Below are positions 18,109-27,253 of a DNA stretch of 64,000 nt, one piece after another. Numbering within the stretch: the stretch's first letter is position 1; each line of letters starts with the position of its first letter. The stretch lies in assembly GCA_947630595.1 (NCBI GenBank), contig CANRIG010000003.1, positions 8,640 through 72,639 of the forward strand, given 5' to 3'. The notes beneath the pieces are model-generated. The model saw nothing but the letters and a program-made list of their open reading frames with translations, was not told where the DNA came from and made no database searches. This stretch comes from an uncultured Lachnospiraceae bacterium (lineage in GTDB: Bacteria > Bacillota > Clostridia > Lachnospirales > Lachnospiraceae). Made by a program: the position numbers and the translations under genes.

Positions 18109-18202
18109 GTGCTGTCGGCTGAATGACCTGCGGTTTCGGCGGCATTTCTGCACAGCCCGGCGCTTTCGCGTATATGATATAAAAAAGGAGATATCTGCTG
18201 CT

Positions 18203-18511
18203 ATGGAAACGATTTCGGCAAGAGAACTGGAACGCTGCGCGCAGGCGGGGACGTTTCTTATCATAGATTTGCGTTCGCGCGAGGAATACGCGCGGGGGCA
18301 TGTGCCGGGCGCTGTGAATGTCCCGCAGGGAGAATTTGGGACAGAGCTGGCAGGGCGGAAGCAGGAGACCATTGTGCTCTACTGCAGTCGCGGCGCGCTC
18401 AGCATGGCGGTCGCGAGACGGCTGGAGCAGGAGGGCTACCGCACCAGAAGCGTGATTGGCGGCATCCGCGCCTACCGCGGGAATTTGGAATTACAGAGAA
18501 ACAAAATATGA
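18203..18511 (+). CDS. rhodanese-like domain protein
   Basis: 102 aa from ATG 18203 (METISARELE...). Active-site loop YCSRGALS. The listed 247-aa ORF 17768..18511 reads through the repeat array and terminator upstream. Confidence 0.85.
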   Translation: METISARELERCAQAGTFLIIDLRSREEYARGHVPGAVNVPQGEFGTELAGRKQETIVLYCSRGALSMAVARRLEQEGYRTRSVIGGIRAYRGNLELQRNKI

Positions 18512-18703
18512 GAATACTATAGAAAGCTGGAATTGCAGCACGCCGCGAAAAACGGACTGCAGTATACCGAAGAAAACTGGGATGCAGCATGCCGCGGAAG
18601 GACAGAATGTAAAGATGTCGCGGAAAGACGGAACGAAAAGATTGACAAAGGAGGGCGGAGGGCATTAAGATAGTAAGCACAGAGCGCAGGGGGTGAACAT
18701 GTT

Positions 18704-19246
18704 ATGAAACTGTTAATCGCTTCGGATATTCACGGCTCGGCTTATTACTGCCGGCTGCTGCTGGAGGCTTACCGGGAGAGCGGCGCGCAGCGAATGATAC
18801 TGCTGGGCGATGTGCTGTACCACGGGCCGCGCAATGACCTGCCGAGGGAGTATGCGCCCAAAGAGGTGATTGCCATGCTGAATGCGCACAGCGGCGAGAT
18901 TTATGCGGTGCGCGGAAACTGCGAGGCGGAGGTGGATCAGATGGTGCTGGAGTTCCCGGTGCTGGCGGATTACATGCTGCTGCCCTGCAAAGAGCATATG
19001 ATTTTTGCGACGCACGGACATATATATAATGAAGAAACGCATCCGCCCATGCAGGACGGCGACGTGCTGCTGCACGGACATACGCATGTGCTGCGCGCGG
19101 AACGAAAAGACGGCATCCTGATTTTGAATCCCGGCTCGGTGGCGATGCCCAAGGAGGGCAATCCGCCGACGTATGCGCTATTGGAAAACGGCGTCTTCTC
19201 GATTCGGGATTTTGAGGGACATACTGTAAAGGAAATTACCATATGA
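18704..19246 (+). CDS. YfcE-type metallophosphoesterase (MJ0936 family)
   Basis: 180 aa. SDIHGS, LLGDVLYHGPRN, VRGNCE, THGH, HGHTH motifs. Confidence 0.85.
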   Translation: MKLLIASDIHGSAYYCRLLLEAYRESGAQRMILLGDVLYHGPRNDLPREYAPKEVIAMLNAHSGEIYAVRGNCEAEVDQMVLEFPVLADYMLLPCKEHMIFATHGHIYNEETHPPMQDGDVLLHGHTHVLRAERKDGILILNPGSVAMPKEGNPPTYALLENGVFSIRDFEGHTVKEITI

Positions 19247-20409
19247 GGAAACTATATGAACTGATTGCGCCCTGCCATTTCGGCCTGGAGGCGGTGCTGA
19301 AACGGGAGATTCTGGATCTCGGCTATGAGATCGGCTGCGTGGAGGACGGCAGGGTGACGTTTTTCGGGGACGCGGAGGCGGTGGCGACGGCCAACGTCTT
19401 TCTGCGCTCCGCGGAACGAATTCTGCTGAAGGTCGGCAGCCTGCACGCGGAGACGTTTGACGAGCTGTTTGAGCGGACGCGGGCGCTTGCGTGGGAAGAA
19501 TTTCTTCCGGCGAACGCCAGATTCTGGGTGGCCAAGGCGACCTCGGTCAAGAGCAAACTGTTCAGCCCTTCGGACATTCAGTCGATCGTGAAAAAGGCAA
19601 TCGTGGAGCGGCTGAAGGACGTCTACGGCCTGAACTGGTTTCCGGAAGACGGCGCTTCCTATCCGATCCGCATTTTCCTGATGAAGGACGAAGCGGTGCT
19701 GGGCCTGGATACGACCGGGGAATCGCTGCACAAGCGCGGCTACCGGAAACTGACCGCGAAAGCGCCGATCTCGGAGACGCTGGCCTCGGCGCTGATTATG
19801 CTCACGCCCTGGAAAGGGGACAGGATTCTGGTCGATCCGTTTTGCGGCAGCGGCACATTTCCGATCGAGGCGGCGATGATGGCCGCCAACATGGCGCCGG
19901 GGATGCGGCGTTCTTTTCTGGCGCAGGACTGGGACAACCTGATCGCCGCGCGCTGCTGGAGCGATGCCCGCGAGGAGGCGGAGAGTCTGGTCGATACGCA
20001 GATTGAGACGGATATTCAGGGTTATGATATCGACGGCGAGGTGGTGCGCGCCGCCCGCGACAATGCGCGGCTGGCCGGCGTCGATCACCTGATTCATTTT
20101 CAGCAGCGGCCGGTCGCCGAGCTGCGGCATCCGAAGAAATACGGCTTTGTGATCACGAACCCGCCCTACGGGGAGCGCATCGAGGAACAGGAACGGCTGC
20201 CGGAGCTGTACAGCCAGATCGGCGAGGCCTTTGCGCGGCTGGACACATGGTCGAAGTATGTGATCACCGCCTATGGGCAGGCGGAGCGCTACATTGGCAG
20301 AAAAGCGGACCGGAACCGCAAGATTTATAATGGCATGATTAAGACTTATTATTATCAGTTTCTGGGGCCGAAGCCGCCCCGGAGGGAGGCGGCGAAGCAG
20401 GGTGCGTAG
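19243..20409 (+). CDS. THUMP-domain class I SAM-dependent RNA methyltransferase
   Basis: 388 aa, ATG overlaps the previous stop (ATGA). DPFCGSGTFPIEAA (motif I) and ITNPPYGERI (motif IV). Confidence 0.85.
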   Translation: MRKLYELIAPCHFGLEAVLKREILDLGYEIGCVEDGRVTFFGDAEAVATANVFLRSAERILLKVGSLHAETFDELFERTRALAWEEFLPANARFWVAKATSVKSKLFSPSDIQSIVKKAIVERLKDVYGLNWFPEDGASYPIRIFLMKDEAVLGLDTTGESLHKRGYRKLTAKAPISETLASALIMLTPWKGDRILVDPFCGSGTFPIEAAMMAANMAPGMRRSFLAQDWDNLIAARCWSDAREEAESLVDTQIETDIQGYDIDGEVVRAARDNARLAGVDHLIHFQQRPVAELRHPKKYGFVITNPPYGERIEEQERLPELYSQIGEAFARLDTWSKYVITAYGQAERYIGRKADRNRKIYNGMIKTYYYQFLGPKPPRREAAKQGA

Positions 20410-20413
20410 AAAG

Positions 20414-21895
20414 ATGCGGACAGCGGCCGTCTGGCTGACGGCCTTGGCGGTCGTAACGACGCTGGCCGCCGCTGCGCCGCGGTACGCAGGGCAGGAGCAT
20501 GGCCGGACGGAAACGGATCAGCTTGATGGTAAGGCGGCAGCGCTGGAACGCAGCAGTACGACGGAAACGGAACGATCTGCCGGTGAGGAAGCAGCACAGG
20601 AACGCAGTCAAGCGGCGGAAACGGAACAGTCTGGCGGTAAGGCAGCAACGTTGAAACGCAGCAGCACGACAGAAACTGAGCAGTCTGCTGGAGAGACGTC
20701 TATAGTCATAGAGCCGCTTCCGGGACAGCTGCCGGTACGTTGGTTCGCCGGGGATTACGGCCGTCAGCCGACCGTGAAAGATCAGGGAAAGTACGGCACC
20801 TGCTGGGCGATTACGGCGACCTCCGCCCTGGAGGCCGCGCTTCTGCCGGAGCAGCGGATGGTGTTTTCGGCGGATCATCTCTCGCGCAGCAACGCGTTTA
20901 CGGCCGATGTAGCGGACGGCGGCGATTACCTGATGACGCTCGCCTATCTAAGTGGCTGGCAGGGACCGGTGACGGAGGAGGAAGACCCGTACGGCGACGA
21001 ATATTCCCCGCCGGGGCTGCGCGCGGCCATACATGTGCAGGAGGTGCAGATTCTGGAGCGCCCGGAGCTTGCGCAGATCAAGGAGGCTGTCCGGCGGTAC
21101 GGTTCAGTGCAGACCTCGCTTTACCTGAACCGGACGACGACGGCCGCAGATTCGCTCTATTATAATGAAACCATGAGCGCTTACTGCGTTCCGGAGGTGC
21201 ATGAGCCGAACCATGAGACGCTGATTCTGGGCTGGGACGACCACATTTCCCGCTTTTGCTTCCGGCAGACGCCGGACCAGGACGGGGCGTTCATCTGTCA
21301 GAATACCTGGGGCACAGAGTTCGGCGACGACGGTATTTTTTATGTCTCCTATGCGGATGCCAACATCGGCGGCACCTGCCTTGTCTACAGCGGGATTGAG
21401 CCGGCGGACAATTACCGCGCCGTTTACCAGACCGACGACTGCGGCTGGCAGGGACGGCAGGGCTATGACAGCGACAGCTGCTGGTTTGCCAACGTATACA
21501 CGGCGGCGGAAACGGAGCAGCTGGCGGCGGTCGGATTTTATGCGACGGGGGCGAACGCCTCCTATGAGATTTATCTGGTTCCGGAATTTTCCGGGGCGGA
21601 GTCGTTTGCGGAGCGCGTGTTTCTGCAGTCGGGCGCCCTGGAGCATGTCGGTTACTATACGGTGCGCCTGGAGCAGCCGCAGCGCCTGACGCAGGGACAG
21701 CGGTTTGCCGTGGCGGTGCGGATGACGACGCCGGGCGTGAACAACCCGGTGGCGGTGGAGTATCAGGCCGATGAATACACGGAAAACGTGGTCACGTCCG
21801 GCAAAGAGGGCTACCTCAGCCGGTACGGGGATCTCTGGCAGAATACGGAGGCAAGCTTCGGCACCAACGTCTGCCTGAAAGTATATACGATGTGA
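20414..21895 (+). CDS. secreted papain-like (C1 family) cysteine peptidase with N-terminal Thr/Glu/Ser repeats
   Basis: Signal-like MRTAAVWLTALAVVTTLAAAA. Repeats ERSSTTETERSAGE / RSQAAETEQSGG / KRSSTTETEQSAGE. Catalytic contexts QGKYGTCWA (Cys), HETLILGWDD (His), QNTWGTEFGDDG (Asn/Trp). Alternative GTG start at 20402. Confidence 0.8.
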   Translation: MRTAAVWLTALAVVTTLAAAAPRYAGQEHGRTETDQLDGKAAALERSSTTETERSAGEEAAQERSQAAETEQSGGKAATLKRSSTTETEQSAGETSIVIEPLPGQLPVRWFAGDYGRQPTVKDQGKYGTCWAITATSALEAALLPEQRMVFSADHLSRSNAFTADVADGGDYLMTLAYLSGWQGPVTEEEDPYGDEYSPPGLRAAIHVQEVQILERPELAQIKEAVRRYGSVQTSLYLNRTTTAADSLYYNETMSAYCVPEVHEPNHETLILGWDDHISRFCFRQTPDQDGAFICQNTWGTEFGDDGIFYVSYADANIGGTCLVYSGIEPADNYRAVYQTDDCGWQGRQGYDSDSCWFANVYTAAETEQLAAVGFYATGANASYEIYLVPEFSGAESFAERVFLQSGALEHVGYYTVRLEQPQRLTQGQRFAVAVRMTTPGVNNPVAVEYQADEYTENVVTSGKEGYLSRYGDLWQNTEASFGTNVCLKVYTM

Positions 21896-21971
21896 ACTGC
21901 TCCGGAGGGGCCTGAATGACGGGATGTCCTGCGGGCGCAGCATATTGGAAAGAGAGATGGTGCACAGACAG

Positions 21972-22583
21972 ATGGAAAAGCGAATTGTGTTTGCGACGGG
22001 AAACGAAGGAAAGATGCGCGAAATCCGCATGATTTTGAAAGACATGGGAATGCGCGTGGTCTCCATGCGGGAGGCCGGCATCGAGGCGGAGATCGAGGAA
22101 AACGGGACTACCTTTGAGGAAAACGCGGTGATCAAGGCGCGGGCCGTCATGGAGCGCTGCGGCGAGATCGTGATGGCCGACGACTCTGGCCTGGAGATTG
22201 ATTATCTGGACGGGGCGCCCGGCGTCTATTCCGCCCGCTTTATGGGCGAGGACACCTCCTATGATATCAAGAACAGCGCGCTGCTCGAAAAGCTGCGCAG
22301 CGTGCCCGAGGAGCAGCGGAGCGCCCGCTTTGTGTGCGCGGTCGCCTGCGCGCTGCCGGACGGCCGGGTGCTGACGAGCCGGGGCGTGATGGAAGGCATC
22401 ATCGGTTGGGAAATCCGCGGCGAAAACGGCTTTGGCTATGATCCCATCTTTTATCTGCCGGAATACGGAAAAACCTCGGCGGAAATTTCCCCGGAGCTGA
22501 AAAATGAGCTCAGCCACCGCGGCAAGGCCCTGCGCGAGATGAAACGGCAGCTTTCGGCGGCGCTGCAGGAGGCGGAGCGGTGA
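21972..22583 (+). CDS. rdgB: XTP/dITP diphosphatase (RdgB/HAM1 family)
   Basis: MEKRIVFATGNEGKMREI... SHRGKAL. Listed ORF starts at 21924; ATG 21972 fits the family N-terminus (alternative 21957). Confidence 0.85.
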   Translation: MEKRIVFATGNEGKMREIRMILKDMGMRVVSMREAGIEAEIEENGTTFEENAVIKARAVMERCGEIVMADDSGLEIDYLDGAPGVYSARFMGEDTSYDIKNSALLEKLRSVPEEQRSARFVCAVACALPDGRVLTSRGVMEGIIGWEIRGENGFGYDPIFYLPEYGKTSAEISPELKNELSHRGKALREMKRQLSAALQEAER

Positions 22584-22630
22584 CGCGAATAAACTGGAGC
22601 GATTTTTTCGGCGGCCGGAGCGAACGCAGG

Positions 22631-22900
22631 GCCGGGAAGGATAAACGACTGAAACGCGAGACTGGTCAGGAGAACCAGTCCCGATATGGGAATGGACAGG
22701 ACAAACAACAGCAGCGCGAGACTGGTCAGGAGAAACGGCGACAGCGTGAGGTTGGGCAGGAGAAACGATGGCAATGTGATGTCGGACAGGAAAAACAGCT
22801 CCAATATGGGAATGGACAGGACAAATGGCACAGGGCCGGGCGGAACAAACGACGGCCGGCGCAGGATCCATGGTTCGGGTATGGACAGAACGAAGGAGAA
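22631..22900 (+). repeat. 30-bp-period degenerate tandem array (about 9 units, core GGNCAGGAGAAAC)
   Basis: Cores at 22665, 22695, 22725, 22755, 22785 and 22815 are visible as columns in the 60-nt lines. Longer identities recur at 60 nt (cgcgagactggtcaggagaa) and 120 nt (atatgggaatggacaggacaaa). Confidence 0.8.
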
Positions 22901-22924
22901 CAGGGAGAAAAAAGGGAGAGCGGC

Positions 22925-23407
22925 ATGAGAATTCTTGTGGTGAGCGATACGCATGGACGTGAGGAAAATCTGGAAAAGGTGCTGGAAAAGATCGGGATGC
23001 CGGACTGCATGATTCACCTGGGGGATTCCGAAGGGGGCGAGGAGCATATCCGGGAGCTGATCGACTGCCCGCTGCATATTGTGGCGGGAAACTGCGACTT
23101 CTTTTCCGAGCTTCCGCGGACGGAGATCGTCGAGATTGGCGGCTGCAGGATTCTGATCACACACGGGCATTACCACTATGTCACGGTGGGCACGCGCGAC
23201 CTGGTAGAGGACGCCAGAGCCAACGGCTGCAACGTCGCCATGTTCGGTCACACACACCGACCATTCTTCGATCAGAGCGAGCCTGGAATGACGGTACTCA
23301 ATCCCGGCAGCCTCTCCTACCCGCGGCAGGACGGGCGGCGTCCCAGCTACGTGCTGATGACCGCCGATGAGGGAGAGCCGTTCCGCTACTCGCTATATTA
23401 TTTGTAA
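22925..23407 (+). CDS. MJ0936/YsnB-type metallophosphoesterase
   Basis: MRILVVSDTHGRE..., GDSEG, GNCD, THGH, GHTH. GGGAG RBS 6 nt upstream of ATG 22925. Listed ORF 22580..23407 adds 115 codons of the repeat array. Confidence 0.85.
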   Translation: MRILVVSDTHGREENLEKVLEKIGMPDCMIHLGDSEGGEEHIRELIDCPLHIVAGNCDFFSELPRTEIVEIGGCRILITHGHYHYVTVGTRDLVEDARANGCNVAMFGHTHRPFFDQSEPGMTVLNPGSLSYPRQDGRRPSYVLMTADEGEPFRYSLYYL

Positions 23408-23446
23408 TGCAATGTAATTTAATTTATCCGTTGATCGTTGACAGCT

Positions 23447-23536
23447 GCGATTCCGTCCGGTTGGATTTTCGATGCGGGTTTCCCGGAAAACATAAAGCTG
23501 TTTTCCGGGAAAGCTGCTCGAAGGGGTACCGACCGG
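23447..23536 (+). repeat. structured ~80-nt intergenic repeat, copy B1
   Basis: Core 23457-23536. Perfect 14-bp inverted repeat TTTCCCGGAAAACA (23479-23492) / TGTTTTCCGGGAAA (23499-23512), nested within CCGGTTGG...CCGACCGG. Confidence 0.8.
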
Positions 23537-23556
23537 ATGGAATCGCGGCGTCCAAA

Positions 23557-23727
23557 TGGATTTTTTTCTGCGAGTTTCCCAAAAGCATAAAGCTATTTTC
23601 CGGGGAACCCGCTCGAAAGGGTGCGGGCCGCTCAAAATGCTGCAAACTGCTCGAAAGGCTGCCGCCCGCCCGGAATCACAGCGCCCTAATGGATTTTTGC
23701 CGCTTTCCGGTAAAATTGCGCGAAAAG
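23557..23727 (+). repeat. degenerate copy B2 (23557-23630) plus half-copies (23647-23673, 23689-23727) of the same element
   Basis: TGGATTTTTTTCTGCGAGTTTCCCAAAAGCATAAAGCTATTTTCCGGGGAACCCGCTCGAAAGGGTGCGGGCCG aligns with B1. CTGCTCGAAAGGCTGCCGCCCGCCCGG matches the 3' half and TGGATTTTTGCCGCTTTCCGG the 5' half. Confidence 0.65.
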
Positions 23728-23729
23728 TC

Positions 23730-23759
23730 TTGACTTCCCATCCGCCGGTGTGTTACACT
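23730..23759 (+). promoter_or_regulatory. candidate sigma-A promoter of rpmG-secE-nusG
   Basis: TTGACT 23730-23735, 18-nt spacer, TGtTACACT (extended -10, hexamer 23754-23759). Confidence 0.45.
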
Positions 23760-23845
23760 GATGAGGCGTATGGAAGCAGGCTTTTTTTTTGTGCCTAAAA
23801 AGCAGCGGTTTCGCTAACGAATTTTAAGAGAGTGAGGTGGAAGTT

Positions 23846-23995
23846 GTGCGTGTAAGAATCACATTGGCATGTACGGAATGTAAGCAGCGTAATTACAACA
23901 TGACAAAGGAAAAAAAGAACCATCCTGACCGAATGGAGACCAAGAAGTACTGTCCCTTCTGCAGGACCCACACGGTGCACAAGGAAACAAAATAA
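23846..23995 (+). CDS. rpmG: 50S ribosomal protein L33
   Basis: Not in ORF track (49 aa). GTG start after [59 protein letters not shown] with two CxxC pairs. Canonical position before secE. Confidence 0.9.
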   Translation: MRVRITLACTECKQRNYNMTKEKKNHPDRMETKKYCPFCRTHTVHKETK

Positions 23996-24025
23996 TCGAT
24001 AGATACGAGCAAAGGAAGTGAAAAT

Positions 24026-24229
24026 ATGGCAGATAAAACTGAATCAAAGAAAAACTGGTTTGATGGCCTGAAGGCTGAATTCCGGAAGATCATCTGGCCG
24101 GATCAGAAGTCGCTGGTGAAGCAGACCGGTGCTGTAGTTGCCGTTTCTATCGTGCTCGGAATCATCATCTCGATTCTGGACTTCATTTTCCAGTACGGTG
24201 TGGATATTCTGGTAAATATCGGCTTCTAA
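24026..24229 (+). CDS. secE: preprotein translocase subunit SecE
   Basis: 67 aa, FRKIIWPDQKSLVKQT plus a single TM helix. Between rpmG and nusG. Confidence 0.9.
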   Translation: MADKTESKKNWFDGLKAEFRKIIWPDQKSLVKQTGAVVAVSIVLGIIISILDFIFQYGVDILVNIGF

Positions 24230-24253
24230 CGAAGTGAGGACAAAGGTGATTGT

Positions 24254-24769
24254 ATGGCGGAAGCGAACTGGTATGTAGCGCATACTTATTCAGGGTATGA
24301 GAACAAAGTAAAGGCCAACATCGAGAAGACCATTGAGAACAGACATCTGGAGGACCAGATTCTGGAGGTTCGGGTGCCGCTTCAGGATGTTGTCGAAGTG
24401 AAAAACGGTGTGAGGAAAACGGTTCAGAAAAAGCTGTTTCCCGGCTATGTGCTTCTCAACATGGTGATGAACGACGACACCTGGTATGTCGTGCGCAATA
24501 CGCGCGGCGTCACGGGTTTTGTCGGGCCCGGATCCAAGCCGGTGCCCCTGACCGACGTCGAGATGTTCAACCTCGGCATTCAGTCGAACAGCGTCACAGT
24601 GGAGTTCAAGGAGGGCGACACCGTCACGGTGATCGGCGGCGTCTGGAAAGACACGATCGGTGTGATCCAGAACGTAAACCAGGGCAAGCAGAGCGTCACA
24701 ATCAACGTTGAGCTGTTCGGCCGTGAGACACCGGTAGAGATCAGCTTTACAGAAATCAGAAAGATGTGA
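24254..24769 (+). CDS. nusG: transcription termination/antitermination factor NusG
   Basis: 171 aa. WYVAHTYSGYENKV N-terminus, KOW-type C-terminus GDTVTVIGGVWKD. Confidence 0.95.
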   Translation: MAEANWYVAHTYSGYENKVKANIEKTIENRHLEDQILEVRVPLQDVVEVKNGVRKTVQKKLFPGYVLLNMVMNDDTWYVVRNTRGVTGFVGPGSKPVPLTDVEMFNLGIQSNSVTVEFKEGDTVTVIGGVWKDTIGVIQNVNQGKQSVTINVELFGRETPVEISFTEIRKM

Positions 24770-24882
24770 GTCCGCGCGATGCGGCGGGACCGCACATCAG
24801 CAGCAAGCAGATTCACGCGGCGCAGGCCGCGGGACGTGGGAGGGAAGCTACTCCCGACATTACCACATAGGAGGTGCCTGAC

Positions 24883-25308
24883 ATGGCAAAAAAGGTAACA
24901 GGTTATATTAAATTGCAGATTCCGGCCGGCAAAGCGACGCCGGCACCGCCGGTTGGCCCGGCTCTTGGCCAGCACGGTGTGAATATTGTTCAGTTTACAA
25001 AGGAATTCAATGCCAGAACCGCAGACAAGGGCGATCTGATCATCCCGGTCGTGATTACGGTTTACGCGGACAGAAGCTTCAGCTTCATCACAAAGACTCC
25101 GCCGGCAGCGGTTCTTCTGAAGAAAGCATGCAACATCAAATCCGGTTCCGGAGTTCCGAACAAGACGAAGGTAGCTACGATCTCCAGGGCAAAGGTTCGC
25201 GAAATCGCAGAGACGAAGATGCCGGACCTGAACGCGGGCAGCATCGAGGCGGCCATGAGCATGATCGCCGGCACCGCGAGAAGCATGGGCATCACGGTTG
25301 AGGATTAA
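24883..25308 (+). CDS. rplK: 50S ribosomal protein L11
   Basis: [44 protein letters not shown]. Listed ORF starts 9 nt earlier at GTG. Confidence 0.95.
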   Translation: MAKKVTGYIKLQIPAGKATPAPPVGPALGQHGVNIVQFTKEFNARTADKGDLIIPVVITVYADRSFSFITKTPPAAVLLKKACNIKSGSGVPNKTKVATISRAKVREIAETKMPDLNAGSIEAAMSMIAGTARSMGITVED

Positions 25309-25385
25309 GCAGATTCAGATATCTTGTAAACAGACAATCAAGTGGGAGGGAATTTCCCGCATACACCACCAGGAGGTTATTTAAT

Positions 25386-26078
25386 ATGAAAAGAGGCAAG
25401 AAATACAAAGAGATCGCAAAGACGATTGACCGCGGCGCTCTCTATGATGTCAGCGAAGGCATTGCGCTGGCGAAAAAGTCAGCAGTAGCAAAATTTGACG
25501 AGACCATCGAAGTGCATATCAGAACAGGCTGTGACGGACGTCACGCAGATCAGCAGATCCGCGGCGCGGTGGTACTTCCGCACGGCACTGGCAAAAAGGT
25601 GCGCGTCCTTGTCTTCGCAAAGAATGCGAAGGCGGACGAAGCACAGGCGGCAGGCGCTGAGTACGTAGGCGCTGAGGAGCTCGTTCCGAAGATTCAGAAC
25701 GAGGGCTGGCTGGATTTCGACGTAGTCGTGGCTACGCCGGACATGATGGGCGTGGTTGGACGCCTGGGCCGTATCCTTGGACCGAAGGGCCTGATGCCGA
25801 ACCCGAAGGCCGGCACGGTAACGATGGACGTGACCAAGGCGGTCAACGACATCAAAGCCGGTAAGATCGAGTACAGACTCGACAAGACCAACATCATTCA
25901 TGTGCCAATTGGTAAGGCTTCTTTCACAGAGGAGCAGTTAACGGACAACTTCCAGACGCTTATTGAAGCAATCAACAAGGCAAGACCGGCGGCAGTAAAG
26001 GGACAGTTCTTAAGGAGCGTCACCGTCGCTTCCACCATGGGCCCGGGCGTAAAGCTCAACCCGGTGAAACTGGTCTGA
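25386..26078 (+). CDS. rplA: 50S ribosomal protein L1
   Basis: 230 aa. [28 protein letters not shown]. Confidence 0.95.
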   Translation: MKRGKKYKEIAKTIDRGALYDVSEGIALAKKSAVAKFDETIEVHIRTGCDGRHADQQIRGAVVLPHGTGKKVRVLVFAKNAKADEAQAAGAEYVGAEELVPKIQNEGWLDFDVVVATPDMMGVVGRLGRILGPKGLMPNPKAGTVTMDVTKAVNDIKAGKIEYRLDKTNIIHVPIGKASFTEEQLTDNFQTLIEAINKARPAAVKGQFLRSVTVASTMGPGVKLNPVKLV

Positions 26079-26096
26079 TTCGCATTGCATTGCACG

Positions 26097-26134
26097 AAAT
26101 TCCCGAAGGTACGCGCTTCGGGAATTTTTTTCTT
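26097..26134 (+). terminator. rho-independent terminator after rplA
   Basis: AAATTCCCGAAG (26097-26108) / CTTCGGGAATTT (26116-26127), followed by a T-run. Confidence 0.7.
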
Positions 26135-26190
26135 AAAGGTACACGGGACTTAAAACAGATATAAGCATAAAGATACGGAAGGCGGCGGAG

Positions 26191-27156
26191 ATGGAAATGA
26201 AAAACGGCAGGATTTATGACGTCATCTGCATCGGGCAGGTGGTGCAGGATATTCTGGTGACCAACGTGCCCCGGGATGTGTTTCAGCGGGAGACCGACAT
26301 GACAATGGTGGACGCGGTGTCGATGGCCACCGGCGGCGACGCCGCCAACGAGGCGGTGGTGCTGGCGCGGCTCGGGAACCATACGGGACTGCTGGGGCGG
26401 GTGGACCGCACCAACGTGGGCTCCATGATTTTTGAGGATATGCAGCGGGAGGGCGTGGACACCACGCTGCTGAGCCGGCCGGAGGACTGCGAGACGCTTT
26501 CCTCGATCGTTTTCATCCATCCCGACGGCAGCCACAGCTTCGTCGTCAGCCCCGGCCACCGCTACACGCCGGAGCTGGAGGATTTTGATTTTGAGGTGCT
26601 GAAACAGACGCGGGCCGTGTCCGCCGCCAGCCTGTTCGGGCTGGGCAGACTGGACACGGACGGCATCGACCGCATTTTCCGCGCGGCGCGGGAGGCGGGC
26701 GCCATCACGGCCGCCGACATGAATTTTGACCTGAACGGCATCGGGCCGCGGGCGCTGGAGGCGGTTTATCCCCACATCGATTATTTGATGCCGAGCTTCA
26801 ACGAGGCCGTCTATGTGACCGGCCGCCGCGAGCCGGAGGAGATGGCCGATTATTTTCTGGAGGCCGGCGTCCGCAACGTCGTCATCAAACTGGGAGAGCG
26901 CGGCTGTTATTTCAAGAATGCGCGCGAGCAGTTTCACCTGGACGCCTGCCCGATTCAGGCGGTTGACACCACCGGCTGCGGTGACAACTTTGTGGCCGGT
27001 TTCCTCCACTGCCTGCTGCGGGGCAAAACCCACCGGGAGTGCGCCGCCTTTGCCGGCGCCGCCGGCGCGATCAACGCGCTCGGGATCGGGGCGCACATGC
27101 AGGTGCGCTCGGAGGAACAGGTGCTGGAGTTTATGGAGCGCATGGGAATCCGCTGA
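26191..27156 (+). CDS. PfkB family carbohydrate kinase
   Basis: 321 aa (alternative ATG 26197). ATGGDAANEA and DTTGCGDNFVAGF (PfkB signature 2 context). Confidence 0.85.
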   Translation: MEMKNGRIYDVICIGQVVQDILVTNVPRDVFQRETDMTMVDAVSMATGGDAANEAVVLARLGNHTGLLGRVDRTNVGSMIFEDMQREGVDTTLLSRPEDCETLSSIVFIHPDGSHSFVVSPGHRYTPELEDFDFEVLKQTRAVSAASLFGLGRLDTDGIDRIFRAAREAGAITAADMNFDLNGIGPRALEAVYPHIDYLMPSFNEAVYVTGRREPEEMADYFLEAGVRNVVIKLGERGCYFKNAREQFHLDACPIQAVDTTGCGDNFVAGFLHCLLRGKTHRECAAFAGAAGAINALGIGAHMQVRSEEQVLEFMERMGIR

Positions 27157-27224
27157 CGCGCCGTATGGATGCGAAATCATCCGGAATCCTTCGGAATTAT
27201 GGGAGAAAATGGGCCGAAAACCTC

Positions 27225-27253
27225 TTGACATCCCGTTTTGGATATGCTACCAT
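27225..27253 (+). promoter_or_regulatory. candidate sigma-A promoter of rplJL
   Basis: TTGACA 27225-27230, 17-nt spacer, TACCAT 27248-27253. Confidence 0.5.

Noticed and set aside
17768-18202. Long ORF 17768..18511 suggesting a 247-aa protein
   Set aside because: It is out of frame with the small ORF and crosses that ORF's terminator and the tandem array. Only the last 102 codons (from ATG 18203) show rhodanese similarity.
22580-22924. 115-codon N-terminal extension of the phosphoesterase (decapeptide repeats)
   Set aside because: All six frames are open across the repeat, so openness is not evidence. ATG 22925 has a good RBS and gives the canonical MRILVVSDTHG N-terminus. Kept only as an open question in the findings.
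24770-24882. Possible ribosomal-protein leaders upstream of rplK and between rplK and rplA (25309-25385)
   Set aside because: I could not identify a convincing conserved fold or L1/L11 binding mimic by eye. This needs a covariance-model search.
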